NCBI RefSeq assembly: GCF_030013595.1
Contig: NZ_CP122768.1
Strand: one strand, 5' to 3'
DNA length: 64,000 bases
From: Escherichia coli
GTDB lineage: Bacteria; Pseudomonadota; Gammaproteobacteria; Enterobacterales; Enterobacteriaceae
Below the pieces are notes generated by a model that was not told the origin of the DNA, did no database searches, and worked only from the letters and a program-made list of their open reading frames with translations. The position numbers were made by a program, and so were the translations under genes. This document shows positions 21,937-32,447 of the stretch, piece by piece. The stretch's first letter is position 1; each line of letters opens with the position of its first letter.

Positions 21937-22250
21937 AACAGTCAATTGTCTCACTGGCGCAAGTCATTCGTTCGAAAAATGCCGGACCTTACGAACTGGT
22001 TTTAGATATTTTATTTAAAACCAAAGAAAACTATGAGCGTGTCAAATCATCAGGGCAATTAACCCCAGAACTGATCGCGCGCTTATATCATGTTGAACCT
22101 GACTTTATTCATCGTATTGTCTGGTTTGATCCTTCTAACGCAGTAAAAATCGTCATGCCACGAGATATTATCTCCGGGAATGTAGGTGACAATGATGTCT
22201 ATGGTGCACAGCAACATGCACCTTTATTAAATATGAGTTTCGATTTGTAA
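21933..22250 (+). CDS. DUF4387-like small protein, function unknown
   Basis: 105-aa ORF translationally coupled (ATGA overlap) to the DUF1446-like gene; remembered SKNAGP and YGAQQH motifs. Confidence 0.55.
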   Translation: MKQSIVSLAQVIRSKNAGPYELVLDILFKTKENYERVKSSGQLTPELIARLYHVEPDFIHRIVWFDPSNAVKIVMPRDIISGNVGDNDVYGAQQHAPLLNMSFDL

Positions 22251-22333
22251 AAATCCGAATACTTTTAGCCAACTGACATCCCGTCACTTATTGCAGTTCA
22301 ACACTTCAGCTATTTGTAAGGTTGTAATAGCAG

Positions 22334-22375
22334 GTAGATGCCTGAATCTCTATTCAGGCATCTACTTCTCCTGAT
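22334..22375 (+). terminator. intrinsic terminator or attenuator hairpin (14-bp perfect stem GTAGATGCCTGAAT / ATTCAGGCATCTAC)
   Basis: perfect inverted repeat with CTCT loop followed by a T-rich tract, between the DUF4387-like gene and the transporter. Confidence 0.6.
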
Positions 22376-22410
22376 TCTGATTTATCGCCGCGCACCTGAT
22401 GGAGGAAAAA

Positions 22411-23691
22411 ATGAAGAAAATAAGTTTAACCACGATGATTCTTTTGGCGCTGGTACTTGGAATGATTATCGGCGTAGTGCTCAATAACACTGCTTCACCG
22501 GAAACCGCAAAACTCTATGCGCAAGAAATATCGATATTCACGACGATTTTCTTACGACTGATAAAAATGATTATCGCTCCGTTAGTGGTCTCTACCCTGG
22601 TGGTAGGTATAGCTAAAATGGGCGATGCCAAAGCCCTTGGTCGTATTTTTTCTAAAACACTCTTTTTATTTATTTGCGCCTCATTGCTGTCAATTGCCTT
22701 AGGCTTGATAACAGTAAATTTCTTCATGCCAGGCACAGGAATTAATTTTGTTGCACACGGAGCCGAAACCACCGGAGTGGTCGCGTCAGAACCCTTTACG
22801 CTAAAAGTATTTATTTCGCATGCTTTCCCCACCAGCATTGTCGATGCCATGGCGCACAATGAAATTTTGCAAATCGTGGTGTTCTCAATTTTCCTCGGCT
22901 GTAGCCTGACGGCGATTGGCGAGAAAGCCAGCGCCATCGTTCACGCCTTAGATTCGCTGGCACATGCCATGTTAAAGCTCACTGGCTACGTCATGCTCTT
23001 CGCTCCCCTGACCGTATTCGCTGCTATTTCAGCATTGATTGCTGAACGAGGACTGGCAGTTATGGTGAGCGCCGGGATCTTTATGGGTGAATTTTATTTC
23101 ACCATGTTATTACTTTGGGTGCTGCTTATCGGTCTGGCCATCGTTTATGTTGGCCCCTGCATCAGACGCCTGACCCGCGCCCTTTCGGAACCCGCCCTGC
23201 TGGCATTTACCACATCCAGTTCTGAAGCGGCTTTTCCAGGAACGCTTGAAAAACTGGAGCAATTTGGCGTTTCCCCCAAAATTGCCAGCTTTGTCTTACC
23301 CATTGGCTACTCATTTAATCTCGTTGGATCAATGGCCTACTGCTCCTTCGCCACAGTTTTCATCGCCCAGGCCTGCAATATCCATTTATCCATCGGTGAG
23401 CAAATCACCATGCTGTTGATCCTGATGTTGACCTCGAAAGGAATGGCTGGCGTACCACGCGCCTCAATGGTGGTTATCGCCGCCACGCTCAACCAGTTCA
23501 ATATTCCGGAAGCGGGGCTGATCTTGCTGATGGGCGTTGATCCGTTCCTTGATATGGGGCGTTCCGCGACAAACGTCATGAGCAACGCAATGGGCGCTGC
23601 GATGGTGAGTCGGTGGGAAGGCGAACATTTCGGCGAGGGCTGTCGGGGTAAAGCATTAAAACCCAATGAATCGAACGTTGCTCTGCCCTGA
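22411..23691 (+). CDS. dicarboxylate/amino acid:cation symporter (DAACS family, GltP/DctA-like)
   Basis: about 426-aa polytopic membrane ORF; start chosen at MKKISL after a GGAGG Shine-Dalgarno; substrate unknown. Confidence 0.8.
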   Translation: MKKISLTTMILLALVLGMIIGVVLNNTASPETAKLYAQEISIFTTIFLRLIKMIIAPLVVSTLVVGIAKMGDAKALGRIFSKTLFLFICASLLSIALGLITVNFFMPGTGINFVAHGAETTGVVASEPFTLKVFISHAFPTSIVDAMAHNEILQIVVFSIFLGCSLTAIGEKASAIVHALDSLAHAMLKLTGYVMLFAPLTVFAAISALIAERGLAVMVSAGIFMGEFYFTMLLLWVLLIGLAIVYVGPCIRRLTRALSEPALLAFTTSSSEAAFPGTLEKLEQFGVSPKIASFVLPIGYSFNLVGSMAYCSFATVFIAQACNIHLSIGEQITMLLILMLTSKGMAGVPRASMVVIAATLNQFNIPEAGLILLMGVDPFLDMGRSATNVMSNAMGAAMVSRWEGEHFGEGCRGKALKPNESNVALP

Positions 23692-23798
23692 GGGGGATCT
23701 TAAGCAATCAGAAGCCAATGACTACGCATTTTTATAAGCCGGATCATGAAGTTAGACGGCAATTAAGTAACACTAACGTTTAAGGTGAAAAGTGAAAT

Positions 23799-25451
23799 AT
23801 GTCAAAACCATTTATCTGGCAAGAACCGTTTCTACAAAATAAAGACGGTACAGAATATACATTAATTAGCGATCAGCATATTACAGTAACGGAATTAGAC
23901 GGCGAAGAAGTGATAAAAATCGCTCCTGAAGCATTAACGCTGCTTGCCCGGCAGGCATTTTATGAAGCCTCTTTTTTCTTACGTTCCGCTCATTTGCAAC
24001 AGGTCGCCAGCATTCTTAACGATCCGCAGGCCAGTAGTAATGATAAATACGTTGCGTTGCAGTTATTACGTAATGCTGAAGTCTCAGCAAAAGGGGTATT
24101 ACCCAACTGTCAGGATACCGGCACCGCAACTATTGTTGCCAGTAAAGGGCAACAGATATGGACGGGAGGTAACGACGCTGAAGCCTTAAGCAAAGGCATT
24201 TACAGTACTTTCCAGGAAAATAATCTGCGCTTTTCACAAAATGCGCCGCTGGATATGTATACCGAAGTCAATACGCAAACCAATCTCCCGGCGCAGATTG
24301 ATATCAGCGCTGTCGCTGGTAATGAGTACCATTTTCTCTGTGTTAATAAAGGGGGCGGCTCCGCCAATAAAGCCGCACTTTATCAGGAAACCAAATCCTT
24401 ATTGCAACCAGAAAAACTGACCGCATTTTTAATCGAAAAAATGAAATCGCTGGGCACCGCTGCCTGCCCGCCTTACCACATCGCCTTTGTCGTCGGAGGG
24501 CTTTCAGCCGATCAAACCTTAAAAGTTGCCAAGCTGGCCTCAACGAAATATTACGACAATTTGCCCACCAGCGGAAACGAGCAAGGACAAGCATTCCGTG
24601 ATATTGAGCTGGAAAAAGTGTTGCTCGAGGCCAGTCAGCAATTTGGTATTGGTGCGCAATTTGGAGGTAAATATTTCGCTCATGATATTCGCGTCATTCG
24701 TCTGCCGCGTCACGGTGGCTCCTGCCCGATAGCTATGGCGCTCTCCTGTTCTGCCGATCGCAATATCAAAGCAAAAATTAACAAGCACGGTATCTGGCTG
24801 GAAAAACTCGAACACAATCCGGGGCAATATATTCCAGCCTCACTGCGGGAAGAAAATCACGCGCAACATGTACAGCTGGATCTAAACCGTCCGTTGCGTG
24901 ACGTGATGCAGGATCTCGCCAGATTACCGGTAGGTACCCGCGTGTCGTTAAGTGGTCCCATCGTAGTGGCGCGCGATATCGCCCACGCCAAAATAAAAGC
25001 GCGGCTGGATAGCGGCGAACCGATGCCGGATTACCTGAAGCATCATATTGTCTATTACGCTGGCCCGGCGAAAACACCGGAGAACATGGCCTGCGGTTCA
25101 CTAGGTCCAACCACGGGCGGTCGAATGGACGGTTATGTCGATACCTTCCAGGCTGCTGGCGGCAGTCTGGTAATGTTATCGAAAGGTAACCGCAGCCAGC
25201 AGGTCACCGATGCCTGTCACAAACATGGCGGCTTCAATCTGGGAAGTATTGGCGGTGCAGCTGCGTTACTGGCGCAAGAATATGTCAAAAGTCTGCGTTG
25301 CCTGGAATACCCGGAGCTGGGTATGGAAGCGGTGTGGATGATGGAAGTGGAAAATCTGCCCGCATTCATCCTGGTAGATGATAAAGGCAATAATTTCTTT
25401 AGTCAGTTTGAGCAGCAACACCGCTGCGCCAGTTGCCCTGCGGGACATTAA
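23799..25451 (+). CDS. fumD: class I (Fe-S) fumarate hydratase paralogue, mesaconase/fumarase FumD-type
   Basis: 550 aa, FumA/FumB-like; clustered with glutamate mutase and mal as described for FumD of E. coli O157:H7. Confidence 0.85.
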   Translation: MSKPFIWQEPFLQNKDGTEYTLISDQHITVTELDGEEVIKIAPEALTLLARQAFYEASFFLRSAHLQQVASILNDPQASSNDKYVALQLLRNAEVSAKGVLPNCQDTGTATIVASKGQQIWTGGNDAEALSKGIYSTFQENNLRFSQNAPLDMYTEVNTQTNLPAQIDISAVAGNEYHFLCVNKGGGSANKAALYQETKSLLQPEKLTAFLIEKMKSLGTAACPPYHIAFVVGGLSADQTLKVAKLASTKYYDNLPTSGNEQGQAFRDIELEKVLLEASQQFGIGAQFGGKYFAHDIRVIRLPRHGGSCPIAMALSCSADRNIKAKINKHGIWLEKLEHNPGQYIPASLREENHAQHVQLDLNRPLRDVMQDLARLPVGTRVSLSGPIVVARDIAHAKIKARLDSGEPMPDYLKHHIVYYAGPAKTPENMACGSLGPTTGGRMDGYVDTFQAAGGSLVMLSKGNRSQQVTDACHKHGGFNLGSIGGAAALLAQEYVKSLRCLEYPELGMEAVWMMEVENLPAFILVDDKGNNFFSQFEQQHRCASCPAGH

Positions 25452-25460
25452 GGAAAATGA

Positions 25461-26063
25461 ATGGAAGCGCGAATTTCAACTGAACGGCATGTGCAGCGCC
25501 AGCAGAAATTGAAGGAACAGGTCGATACGCGCATCGCGGCGGCGATAGAGAAAAAAGGGATTTTGATTGTTTTCACCGGCAATGGCAAAGGGAAATCCAC
25601 TGCCGCGTTTGGTACTGTGACGCGCGCGGTGGGTCATGGCAAAACGGTGGGGGTTGCGCAGTACATCAAGGGGCAATGGGACAACGGCGAATACAACCTT
25701 CTCCAGCCGCTGGGGGTTGAGTTTCATATTATGGGAACCGGTTTTACCTGGGAGACACAGAACCGGCAAGCGGATATCGACGCGGCGAAAGAGGTCTGGT
25801 CGGAAAGCAAACGGATGCTGGCTGACAAGCGTTACGACTTAGTGGTGCTTGATGAGCTGACCTATATGCTGGCTTACCATTATCTGGATACCGAAGAAGT
25901 GATCGCTTCTCTGCAAAACCGCCCGGCACAACAAAGTGTCATTGTCACCGGACGCGGTTGCCACAGTCAGATATTAAAAATGGCGGATACGGTCAGCGAA
26001 ATCCGCCCCGTCAAACATGCTTTTGATAACGGCATTCAGGCCCAGCCGGGTATCGACTGGTAA
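25461..26063 (+). CDS. cob(I)alamin adenosyltransferase (BtuR/CobA paralogue)
   Basis: 200 aa with P-loop GNGKGKSTAAFG and collinear similarity to BtuR; would supply adenosylcobalamin to glutamate mutase. Confidence 0.88.
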   Translation: MEARISTERHVQRQQKLKEQVDTRIAAAIEKKGILIVFTGNGKGKSTAAFGTVTRAVGHGKTVGVAQYIKGQWDNGEYNLLQPLGVEFHIMGTGFTWETQNRQADIDAAKEVWSESKRMLADKRYDLVVLDELTYMLAYHYLDTEEVIASLQNRPAQQSVIVTGRGCHSQILKMADTVSEIRPVKHAFDNGIQAQPGIDW

Positions 26064-26066
26064 TAA

Positions 26067-26098
26067 CTGCGCCTGGCATCCCGCCAGGCGCAGGTTTT
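26067..26098. terminator. bidirectional terminator hairpin between convergent genes
   Basis: 11-bp inverted repeat CTGCGCCTGGC / GCCAGGCGCAG followed by GTTTT. Confidence 0.6.
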
Positions 26099-27002
26099 AC
26101 ATCTCCTGCGGTACAACCGATTTCGCCAGCAACCATTCACGAAATTGCTGCAAGTGCGGTGAGTCAGACTTCTCTTCCTGCCACGTCATAATAAAACGAT
26201 TACCGGTACGAATAGGCACATCACAGGGGATCACCATATCGCCACTATCCAAATCATGTTGAATAGCGAACCGTGGTAACAGCGCCACGCCGAGATTCGA
26301 GCGCACGGCGGCAATCAGCATTGAAAGCAAATCGAAACGTGGTCCGTTGTTGACCAGCGGACTGCTAACGCCAGATAAGGCAAACCACTCTTCCCAGCCA
26401 GTAATACGGGTACTTTGATGCAGAAGTGGTAACTCTGTAAGCAGTTCTGCCACTGACAGTTTTTGATCGGACATTGCAAGCAAACTGCCGCTGCATACCG
26501 GCAAAATCTCCTCATAAAAGAGATATTCTACTTCCGCCCAGGGCGCGCAAAAATTTTCGCGCATAATGACAGCATCGTACTCCCGATTAAGAAAATCGCC
26601 GTTATTAGCTAAAGAGTGAATATTAACAATAATATCGGGATGTAACTTTGTGAATTCATGTAAATTTGGGATTAACCAGTGAGTACTAAACGTAGGATTA
26701 ACGGCAAGTTCAATAACCTGAACCGTAGGCTGCCAGGTCATAATGGTATTGGTATCGCGTTCCAGCTTATTTAATGTTTCTTTTACTATCCCCAGGTAAT
26801 ACTTCCCTGCATCATTAAGAAAAATGCGTTTTTTAGAGTGTGAAAATAACGGAGTATGTAAAAATTCCTCCAGCGCACTTACTTGTCTGAATACAGCACT
26901 TTGGGTTAACGCTAACTCCTCTGCCGCTCTGGTATAGCTTTCATGACGTGCGACGACCTCAAAAGTCACCAGCTGCTCCGTTTTAGGTATTTTTCCTCGC
27001 AT
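26097..27002 (-). CDS. LysR-family transcriptional regulator
   Basis: N-terminal HTH (TFEVVARHESYTRAAEELALTQSAVFRQVSALEE) and LysR substrate-binding domain; start chosen at MRGKIP; divergent from the RtcB-like gene. Confidence 0.85.
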   Translation of the reverse strand: MRGKIPKTEQLVTFEVVARHESYTRAAEELALTQSAVFRQVSALEEFLHTPLFSHSKKRIFLNDAGKYYLGIVKETLNKLERDTNTIMTWQPTVQVIELAVNPTFSTHWLIPNLHEFTKLHPDIIVNIHSLANNGDFLNREYDAVIMRENFCAPWAEVEYLFYEEILPVCSGSLLAMSDQKLSVAELLTELPLLHQSTRITGWEEWFALSGVSSPLVNNGPRFDLLSMLIAAVRSNLGVALLPRFAIQHDLDSGDMVIPCDVPIRTGNRFIMTWQEEKSDSPHLQQFREWLLAKSVVPQEM

Positions 27003-27591
27003 AATGCCGTCCGTGAAAAAATAACAATTCAAAAATTATTTTATAAAAAACAGTAGCACTAATGAATATCATAATTCAAATAAACAAACCAGTCAGCTAT
27101 ATGTCTAACCAGGAAAATAAAGTGACAATAATCCTAAAACAGGAATTTCACCTCAGTTATCCGCATGCAATACTTTAAAGCTATTATTGCAAGAATATTA
27201 TTCATATACATGAATATACTCTAAATAAGTCAAGTTGCAGGAAGGGAACAAATAATGAATTTCCAGAAGCTTACATAAGTAAGTGACCTGGGTGAGCGAA
27301 CATCGATGCAGCACATGCAACTTGAATTATGACAAGTATACAATGATAAATTTATATACCCTATGTTATATATTATCTATGTCCGGTTAAATTGAATGAG
27401 TCATGGCCTTAAAAGACTTCACAAAAGATAATTCCTCTTTAACAATAAGCCAGATTTACCACTTGTAAAACTTGCTATCGCCACATACACTACGCGCGTT
27501 TTCTTTCCCTTTTGCTGGCTGCTGACCGGAAAGACAAAATTACCCTCGCAATACAGGGGGTTGTTTAACGTCTATATTTCAGGACAGCGTT

Positions 27592-28989
27592 ATGCATCAT
27601 CTTTCAAGGCTTGATAAAGCCTTTCTGCGCAAAGGGATCCAACTTTCCCGCGCCAACAATATTGTTTCATTATCTCGTCCATCAGGTGCCAGTGCCCGCG
27701 TACTGCTGCCGGACGAACTGCCGCTGGAAGAAAAAGCAGTAACACAACTGCTTGATTTTGCAGAAGTGAAGCTACCAGACCACCCAGGTTATGTGCGCCA
27801 GACGTGCGCGACGCCAGATTTTCATCCCGGCAATGGAGTCCCCGTTGGCGCGGTGGTGGCCTCAACGCCGGATTTAGTCATTCCCGCCGCCATCGGCACC
27901 GATATTTCTTGTGGCATGCGGCTGCTGACGACCGGATTAACACTTGAGCAAGCCGAAGCGCATAAAGACGTCATCGCTCAGCGGTTAACGCAAGTGCTAC
28001 TGCAAAATGAGCGCGATGTTCCGTTATCCGCACAGGCGTTCACCGCGCTTTTTGATGGCGGACCGGCAGATTGCGTGTCGACCTTGCCATCAGCAGGTCT
28101 CTGGACACGCACGAATATCCCCCGAATGGTACAAGAGATTGACCGCTGCATTGGGCTTAACGAGCATAACAGTCATTCGCGTTATGCCCCACCCGCCCTG
28201 CTGGCAACGGACCGCGCATTACTCCGCGATCCTTGTCTGGGTACGCCGGGTTCAGGTAATCATTTTATTGAACTTCAGGTCGTTGATAGCGTGGTTGATC
28301 GCCATGTAGCCTGGCAACAAGGGCTGAAAACAGGCGATATTGTGGTGATGATCCACAGTGGATCGCGAGATGTTGGCTTTTACGTCGGAAGACGCTGGAT
28401 GGATCGCGCCCGTGCTGAATGGCCCACCGGACATAAACATCCACAAAGCGGGTTATATGGTCTGGCAGGCGGACTGGCGGAGGAATATCTACAAGCGATA
28501 GGAATGGCGGCGCGTTACGCGTGGTTAAATCGCGTCACAATTGCCGAAATGGTGCGCGTATGTCTCGCCAATCTCTTTCATCAGGACAATTCGCATCTGG
28601 TGGTGGATGTGCCGCATAACATCATCCTTCGCGAGCATGAAATGAATATTCATCGCAAAGGTGCAACACCGGCACGAGTGGGCGATCTGGCATTAATCCC
28701 CGGTTCAATGGGCGATTATTCGTGGCTTGCAGTCGGTTGCGGCAACCCGGAGTGGCTGTGGTCATGCAGTCACGGAGCAGGACGCAGCCAGCGTCGACAG
28801 GCCATGCGCTCAAGCGCGACTGAAGAGTCAACGCTGCCGTGGCAATGCGTCACATTGCGTGAAGAACGACGTCTTGAAGAAGCGCCAGCGGCTTATAAAG
28901 ATATTGGTCCGGTTATCGAAGCCCAACAAGAAGCCGGATTAATTCAGCCAGCGGTCAGATTTCGACCGTGGTTAACGTTTAAGGCATAA
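27592..28989 (+). CDS. RtcB-family RNA 3'-phosphate ligase paralogue with N-terminal extension
   Basis: 465 aa; RtcB motifs PDFHPGNG, IPAAIGTDISCGM, GSGNHFIEL, MIHSGSRDVG, HN, IPGSMG, CSHGAGR, AYKDI; no rtcA/rtcR nearby. Confidence 0.85.
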   Translation: MHHLSRLDKAFLRKGIQLSRANNIVSLSRPSGASARVLLPDELPLEEKAVTQLLDFAEVKLPDHPGYVRQTCATPDFHPGNGVPVGAVVASTPDLVIPAAIGTDISCGMRLLTTGLTLEQAEAHKDVIAQRLTQVLLQNERDVPLSAQAFTALFDGGPADCVSTLPSAGLWTRTNIPRMVQEIDRCIGLNEHNSHSRYAPPALLATDRALLRDPCLGTPGSGNHFIELQVVDSVVDRHVAWQQGLKTGDIVVMIHSGSRDVGFYVGRRWMDRARAEWPTGHKHPQSGLYGLAGGLAEEYLQAIGMAARYAWLNRVTIAEMVRVCLANLFHQDNSHLVVDVPHNIILREHEMNIHRKGATPARVGDLALIPGSMGDYSWLAVGCGNPEWLWSCSHGAGRSQRRQAMRSSATEESTLPWQCVTLREERRLEEAPAAYKDIGPVIEAQQEAGLIQPAVRFRPWLTFKA

Positions 28990-29086
28990 AAAAGGCCATC
29001 ATACGATGGCCAACCATGTCGAAACCGACAGCCCTTCGCCATTCCTGTAGAGGGAAGCGGCGAGGGCTATTTCTTATTACAGATAT
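28990..29086 (-). ncRNA. sdhX: SdhX (RybD)-type 3'UTR-derived sRNA region with intrinsic terminator
   Basis: position immediately 3' of sucD with terminator GGCCATCGTATGATGGCC-TTTT on the minus strand; assignment by position and memory of SdhX, exact ends uncertain. Confidence 0.5.
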
Positions 29087-29956
29087 TTATTTCAGAACAG
29101 TTTTCAGTGCTTCACCGATATCCGCCAGGCTGCGAACGGTTTTCACGCCTGCGGCTTCCAGAGCAGCGAATTTCTCATCCGCAGTCCCTTTCCCACCGGC
29201 AATGATCGCACCCGCGTGGCCCATACGTTTGCCTTTCGGCGCAGTCACACCAGCGATGTAACCCACAACTGGCTTGGTAACATGCTCTTTGATGTACGCA
29301 GCCGCTTCTTCTTCAGCGCTACCGCCGATCTCACCGATCATCACGATCGCTTCGGTCTGCGGATCTTTTTCGAACATTTCGAGGATGTCGATAAAGTTAG
29401 AGCCAGGGATCGGGTCACCGCCGATACCAACACAGGTCGACTGACCGAAACCGTAATCCGTGGTCTGTTTCACCGCTTCATAGGTCAGTGTACCGGAACG
29501 GGAAACGATACCCACTTTACCCGGTTTGTGAATGTGACCAGGCTGGATACCGATTTTGCATTCACCCGGAGTGATAACGCCTGGGCAGTTCGGGCCGATC
29601 ATGCGAACGCCCGCTTCATCCAGTTTCACCTTCACGGTCAGCATATCCAGCGTCGGGATGCCTTCAGTGATGGTGATAATCAGTTTGATGCCTGCATCAA
29701 TAGCTTCCAGAATGGAGTCTTTGCAGAACGGTGCTGGTACGTAGATAACAGAAGCGGTAGCGCCAGTAGCAGCAACAGCTTCACGCACGGTATTGAACAC
29801 CGGCAGGCCGAGGTGGGTAGTACCGCCTTTACCTGGGGTTACGCCGCCAACCATTTTGGTGCCGTATGCAATGGCCTGTTCAGAGTGGAAAGTCCCCTGG
29901 CTACCGGTAAAGCCCTGGCAGATAACCTTGGTGTTTTTATCAATTAAAATGGACAT
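29087..29956 (-). CDS. sucD: succinyl-CoA synthetase alpha subunit
   Basis: 289 aa, conserved SucD. Confidence 0.97.
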
Positions 29957-31122
29957 TATTTCCCCTCCACTGCGGCAACAACCTGCTGAGCTGCATCCGT
30001 CAGACCTTTTGCTGCAATAATATTCAGGCCGCTGTCAGCCAGTTTCTTCGCGCCGAGTTCGGCGTTGTTACCTTCCAGACGTACCACGACCGGTACGTTA
30101 ACACCCACTTCCGCTACCGCGCCGATGATACCGTCAGCGATCAGGTCGCAACGAACGATACCGCCGAAGATGTTAACCAGAACGGCTTTCACTTTGTCGT
30201 CAGAGAGGATGATTTTGAACGCTTCGGTTACACGTTCTTTGGTTGCGCCGCCGCCAACGTCCAGGAAGTTAGCTGGTTCGCCGCCGTGCAGTTTAACGAT
30301 GTCCATCGTACCCATCGCCAGACCTGCGCCGTTAACCATACAACCGATGTTACCGTCCAGCGCAACGTAGTTCAGTTCCCACTGTGCAGCCTGTGCTTCA
30401 CGCGGATCTTCCTGCGACTGGTCACGCATTTCGCGCAGATCAGGCTGGCGGAACAGTGCGTTGCCGTCAGCGCCCAGTTTGCCGTCGAGGCAAATCAGAT
30501 CGCCCTGTTTGGTGATGACCAGCGGGTTGATTTCGATCAGCGCCAGGTCGCGCTCCAGGAAAATGGTCGCCAGGCCCATGAAGATTTTGGTGAACTGCTG
30601 AACCAGTTTACCTTCCAGACCCAGTTTAAACGCCAGCTCGCGTCCCTGATACGGCATCGGGCCAGTCAGCGGATCAAGCGCAACTTTGTGGATCAGGTGC
30701 GGAGTTTCTTCCGCCACTTTTTCGATTTCCACGCCGCCTTCGGTGGAGGCCATAAAGACCACACGACGGGAACTACGGTCAACAACGGCACCGAGATACA
30801 GCTCTTTAGCGATATCGGTCGCTGCTTCAACCAGAATCTGGTTAACCGGTTGGCCATTGGCATCTGTTTGATACGTTACCAGACGCTTGCCCAGCCAGTT
30901 TTCTGCAAAAGCACGGATGTCTTCTTTGCTGTTTACCACTTTCACACCGCCCGCTTTACCGCGGCCACCAGCGTGAACCTGACATTTCACTACCCACGGA
31001 CCGGCACCGATTTTTGAAGCGGCTTCTTCTGCTTCGCGCGGAGTAGTACAGGCATAACCCACCGGTGCTGGTAAGCCATAGCGGGCAAAAAGTTGTTTTG
31101 CCTGATATTCATGTAAGTTCAT
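29956..31122 (-). CDS. sucC: succinyl-CoA synthetase beta subunit
   Basis: 388 aa, ATP-grasp SucC. Confidence 0.97.
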
Positions 31123-31215
31123 GTGTTCTGTCCATCCTTCAGTAATCGTTATCTTTTAAACCGTAGACCGACACCCTATCCACGTCGGTCTACAGTGCAG
31201 GTGAAGCTTAAACTA

Positions 31216-32433
31216 CTACACGTCCAGCAGCAGACGAGTCGGATCTTCCAGCAACTCTTTGATCGTTACCAGGAAGCCCACGGATTCGCGACCATCGATC
31301 AGACGGTGATCGTAGGACAGCGCCAGGTACATCATCGGCAAGATCTCAACCTGACCATTCACCGCCATCGGACGATCTTTGATAGCGTGCATACCCAGAA
31401 TTGCGCTCTGCGGCGGGTTGATGATCGGCGTAGACATCAGGGAACCGAACACACCACCATTGGTGATGGTGAAGTTACCACCGGTCAGATCTTCAACGGT
31501 CAGCTTGCCGTCACGGCCTTTAACAGCCAGCTCTTTGATTTTCTTCTCGATGTCTGCCATGCCGAGGGTATCGACATCACGCAGAACCGGCGTCACCAGG
31601 CCGCGCGGCGTAGAAACCGCCATGCTGACGTCGAAATAGTTGTGGTAAACCACATCATCGCCGTCGATAGACGCGTTCACTTCCGGGTAACGTTTCAGGG
31701 CTTCAACCACCGCTTTCACGTAGAAGGACATAAAGCCCAGACGGATGCCGTGGCGTTTTTCAAACGCTTCACCGTACTGCTTACGCAGATCCATAATCGG
31801 CTTCATGTTGACTTCGTTGAACGTGGTCAGCATGGCGGTGGAGTTTTTCGCTTCCAGCAGACGCTCAGCCACACGCTTACGCAGGCGAGTCATCGGCACA
31901 CGTTTTTCGCTACGTGCAGCCAGAGCCGGTTGCGCCGCCGGAGCAGCCGCTGCCGGAGCAGACTCTTTCGCCGGGGCTTTCGCCAGATGTTTTTCCACAT
32001 CTTCACGAGTCAGACGACCACCCACACCGGTGCCTTTAATGGCGCTGGCGTCGAGGTTGTGTTCAGCCAGCAGGCGACGGATCGCCGGGCTTAACGCATC
32101 GTTGTTTTGCTCTTCCAGAGACGCCTGCTGGCGTTGCGCCGGAGTGGACGCTTTCTCTTCAGATTTGGCGCTGGTTTCTTTACCCGCGCTGTTGCCTTCA
32201 CGCAGGCGACCAAGGATCTGACGAGACGTTACCGTTGTACCTTCATCTTCCAGAACCGCATCCAGAATGCCGTCTGCTGATGCCGGTACTTCCAGTACCA
32301 CTTTGTCAGTTTCGATTTCTACCAGCACTTCATCACGTACGACTGCGTCGCCGGGTTTTTTATGCCAGGTTGCGACGGTGGCATCGGCTACGGATTCAGG
32401 CAGGTCAGGGACCAGAATATCTACGCTACTCAT
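31216..32433 (-). CDS. sucB: 2-oxoglutarate dehydrogenase E2 (dihydrolipoyl succinyltransferase)
   Basis: 405 aa, lipoyl domain, Ala/Pro linker, catalytic domain with DHRxxDG. Confidence 0.97.
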
Positions 32434-32447
32434 TGTGTATCCTTTAT

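Noticed and set aside
18728-21954. Minus-strand ORFs of 189, 211 and 218 aa
   Set aside because: Antisense to glmE, mal and the DUF1446-like gene, each of which has strong homology or coupling on the plus strand.
13223-29086. Mobile genetic element (prophage, integrative element or IS-flanked transposon) carrying the island
   Set aside because: No integrase, transposase, IS terminal repeats or att-like direct repeats were seen at either boundary; the tRNA genes lie about 9 kb away across the tol-pal and cyd genes and are not adjacent to the island.
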